60,672 nt of DNA from Macrostomum lignano (lineage: Eukaryota): NCBI GenBank assembly GCA_002269645.1, contig NIVC01001266.1, forward strand, positions 1 through 60,672, read 5' to 3'. Numbering within the stretch: position 1 is the first letter of the stretch; every line of letters starts with the position of its first letter. The translations under genes and the position numbers were made by a program. Below are positions 58,905 to 60,672 of the stretch, piece by piece. The notes under the pieces are model-generated. The model was not told the DNA's origin and did no database searches. It saw nothing but the letters and a program-made list of their open reading frames with translations.

Positions 58905-59414
58905 TTAGTTGGACCTCCGCGGTTGCTGCACCCGGTGCACTCGCACTCGCTGGTTTCGGCCGACCTTCGGCTCCCGACTTCCTTTGCGCCAGTCTGCGGC
59001 CTTCTTCCGCTTGGCTTGTTCCGTAATCTGCATCGCCTTTGTTACCTTTTTCTCCTCCTTGCTTGCTTTTTCTGTTCGTTGCATGTCCGATTGCAGCTCC
59101 CTTGCAGTGTAATTTCTTTCCTTGGACTGAGCGTCGCAATGGGAATCCACTAGCACAAGACAAACTCGACACGCTCTCATACAAAGCTCCATGGCTCTAC
59201 GGTTCTCGGTCTTGGCCTTCTCCTCGTCTGCTGCAACGTCCATGGTTCCGGGAGTGTCGGCCCCAGCGAGGCGAGATAAGATGCTTTTGCAGCTTGAAGT
59301 GCTGGACAGCATGTCGCGGCCCACGTGGAACTCCGTGGTGTTGAACAGGGCGTTCGCCAACGAGCTCTTTCCGCTTCCGGTCTTGCTAATCAGAACCACT
59401 CTAGCGCTTTCCAT
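58905..59414 (-). pseudogene. Internally deleted AIG1/GIMAP paralogue (open 169-aa frame, lacks G4/G5)
   Basis: The DNA is near-identical to copy 1 over G1-G3 (ISKTGSGKSSLANAL; DTPGTMDV). It then jumps from AMELC directly to exon-2-like LVDSH..NYTARELQ. Confidence 0.7.
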
Positions 59415-59849
59415 ATCTTTCTTTAAAGTTTCCAGCTACAGAATAATATCAGACGAAAAATAACCTACAAAAAACTGCACGCAGCAATTTTGGCTCTGTA
59501 CCTAAAGACTCTGTATTTATTTAAAAAGAAAAAACCATTTAGTTCCTAGTTAAACGGTCGCAACTCCTATTTTTAGAAGCGCCAGTCCTGTCATGCATAA
59601 TTTTAGCTGCAGCAGGCGGTCACTTGCAAGCTTATTGTGGTTTGCTAATTTGAAATAGACTGTTTTTTACCGAGTGAACGAGACAATGGAATTGTATTAA
59701 TTATGACAACGCGAATGCATTTGCTGGGTCTGGAATCTCGGAAGGGGTTACTTTAATAGAGTATAAAGTGCGTGCAGATACGAATTAAATGTACATATGT
59801 ATCAACATCCAAATCAGACCATCAAAAACTGGACCGAATGTGATTCTTC

Positions 59850-60672
59850 AATGATCAGATGGGGTGAAGGATCAGATGGAGTGAAGGATCAGATGATGGT
59901 GTGAAGGATCAGATGGGGTGAAGGATCAGATGGGGTGAAGGATCAGATGGGGTGAAGGATCAGATGGGGTGAAGGATCAGATGGGGTGAAGGATCAGATG
60001 GGGTGAAGGATCAGGTGGGGTGAAGGATCAGATGGGGTAAAGGATCAGATGGGGTGAAGGGTCAGATGAGGTGAAGGGTCAGATGAGGTGAAGGATCAGG
60101 TGGGGTGAAGGATCAGGTGGGGTGAAGGATCAGGTGGGGTGAAGAATCAGATGGGGTGAAGGATCAGGTGGGGTGAAGGGTCAGATGGGGTGAATGATCA
60201 GGTGGGGTGAAGGATCAGGTGGGGTGAAGGATCAGGTGGGGTGAAGAATCAGATGGGGGTGAAGGATCAGGTGGGGTGAAGGGTCAGATGGGGTGAAGGG
60301 TCAGATGAGGTGAAGGATCAGATGGGGTGAAGGATCAAATGGGGTTAAAGATCAGATGGGGTGAAGAATCAGATGGGGTGAAGGATCAGATGGGGTGAAG
60401 GATCAGATGGGGTGAAGGATCAGATGGGGTGAAGGATCAGATGGGGTGAAGGATCAGATGGGGTGAAGGATCAGATGGGGTGAAGGATAAAATGGGGTGA
60501 AGGATCAGATGGGGTGAAGGATCAGATGGGGTGAAGAATCAGATGGGGTGAAGGATCAGATGGGTTGAAGAATCAGATGGGGTGAAGAATCAGATGGGGT
60601 GAAGGATCAGATGGGGTGAGGAATCAGATGGGGTGAAGGATCAGGTGGGTGAAGAATCAGATGGGGTGAAGG
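59850..60672. repeat. ~19-bp G-rich minisatellite upstream of GIMAP copy 2 (runs off the window)
   Basis: (gatcagatggggtgaag)n. Confidence 0.95.

Overview
Eukaryotic (metazoan) genomic DNA. It is almost certainly a flatworm, and its style fits a Macrostomum-like free-living species. This is inferred from a TAL-family gene, GC-rich exons and introns packed with minisatellites. The left 36 kb hold a 23-exon, ~3,282-aa CPLANE1/JBTS17 ciliogenesis gene on the + strand, which I assembled by hand with all splice phases consistent. Its 7.5-kb intron 21 contains two complete antisense genes in tandem: a two-exon cholesterol 25-hydroxylase-like gene and an intronless TRPM-type channel whose N-terminal SLOG/MHR1-2 region is replaced by ankyrin repeats. 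To the right lie a putative single-pass membrane protein, an EF-hand/dynein-light-chain TAL gene, a divergent H2B/H2A pair with stem-loops, a CORE-type SINE, and a tandemly duplicated AIG1/GIMAP GTPase (one intact copy, one internally deleted). Also present are a decayed Merlin/IS1595-like transposase, a LINE remnant, MITEs, two copies of a second tRNA-derived SINE, and about 30 tandem repeats. The most notable observations are the nested sterol-hydroxylase plus ankyrin-TRPM pair, five extra copies of the histone stem-loop core outside histone genes, and a recurrent hairpin motif near gene starts. No databases could be searched, so homology calls come from motif recall. Two ORF-track entries (38729..39064 and 38928..39539) are labelled '-' but their translations read on the + strand.
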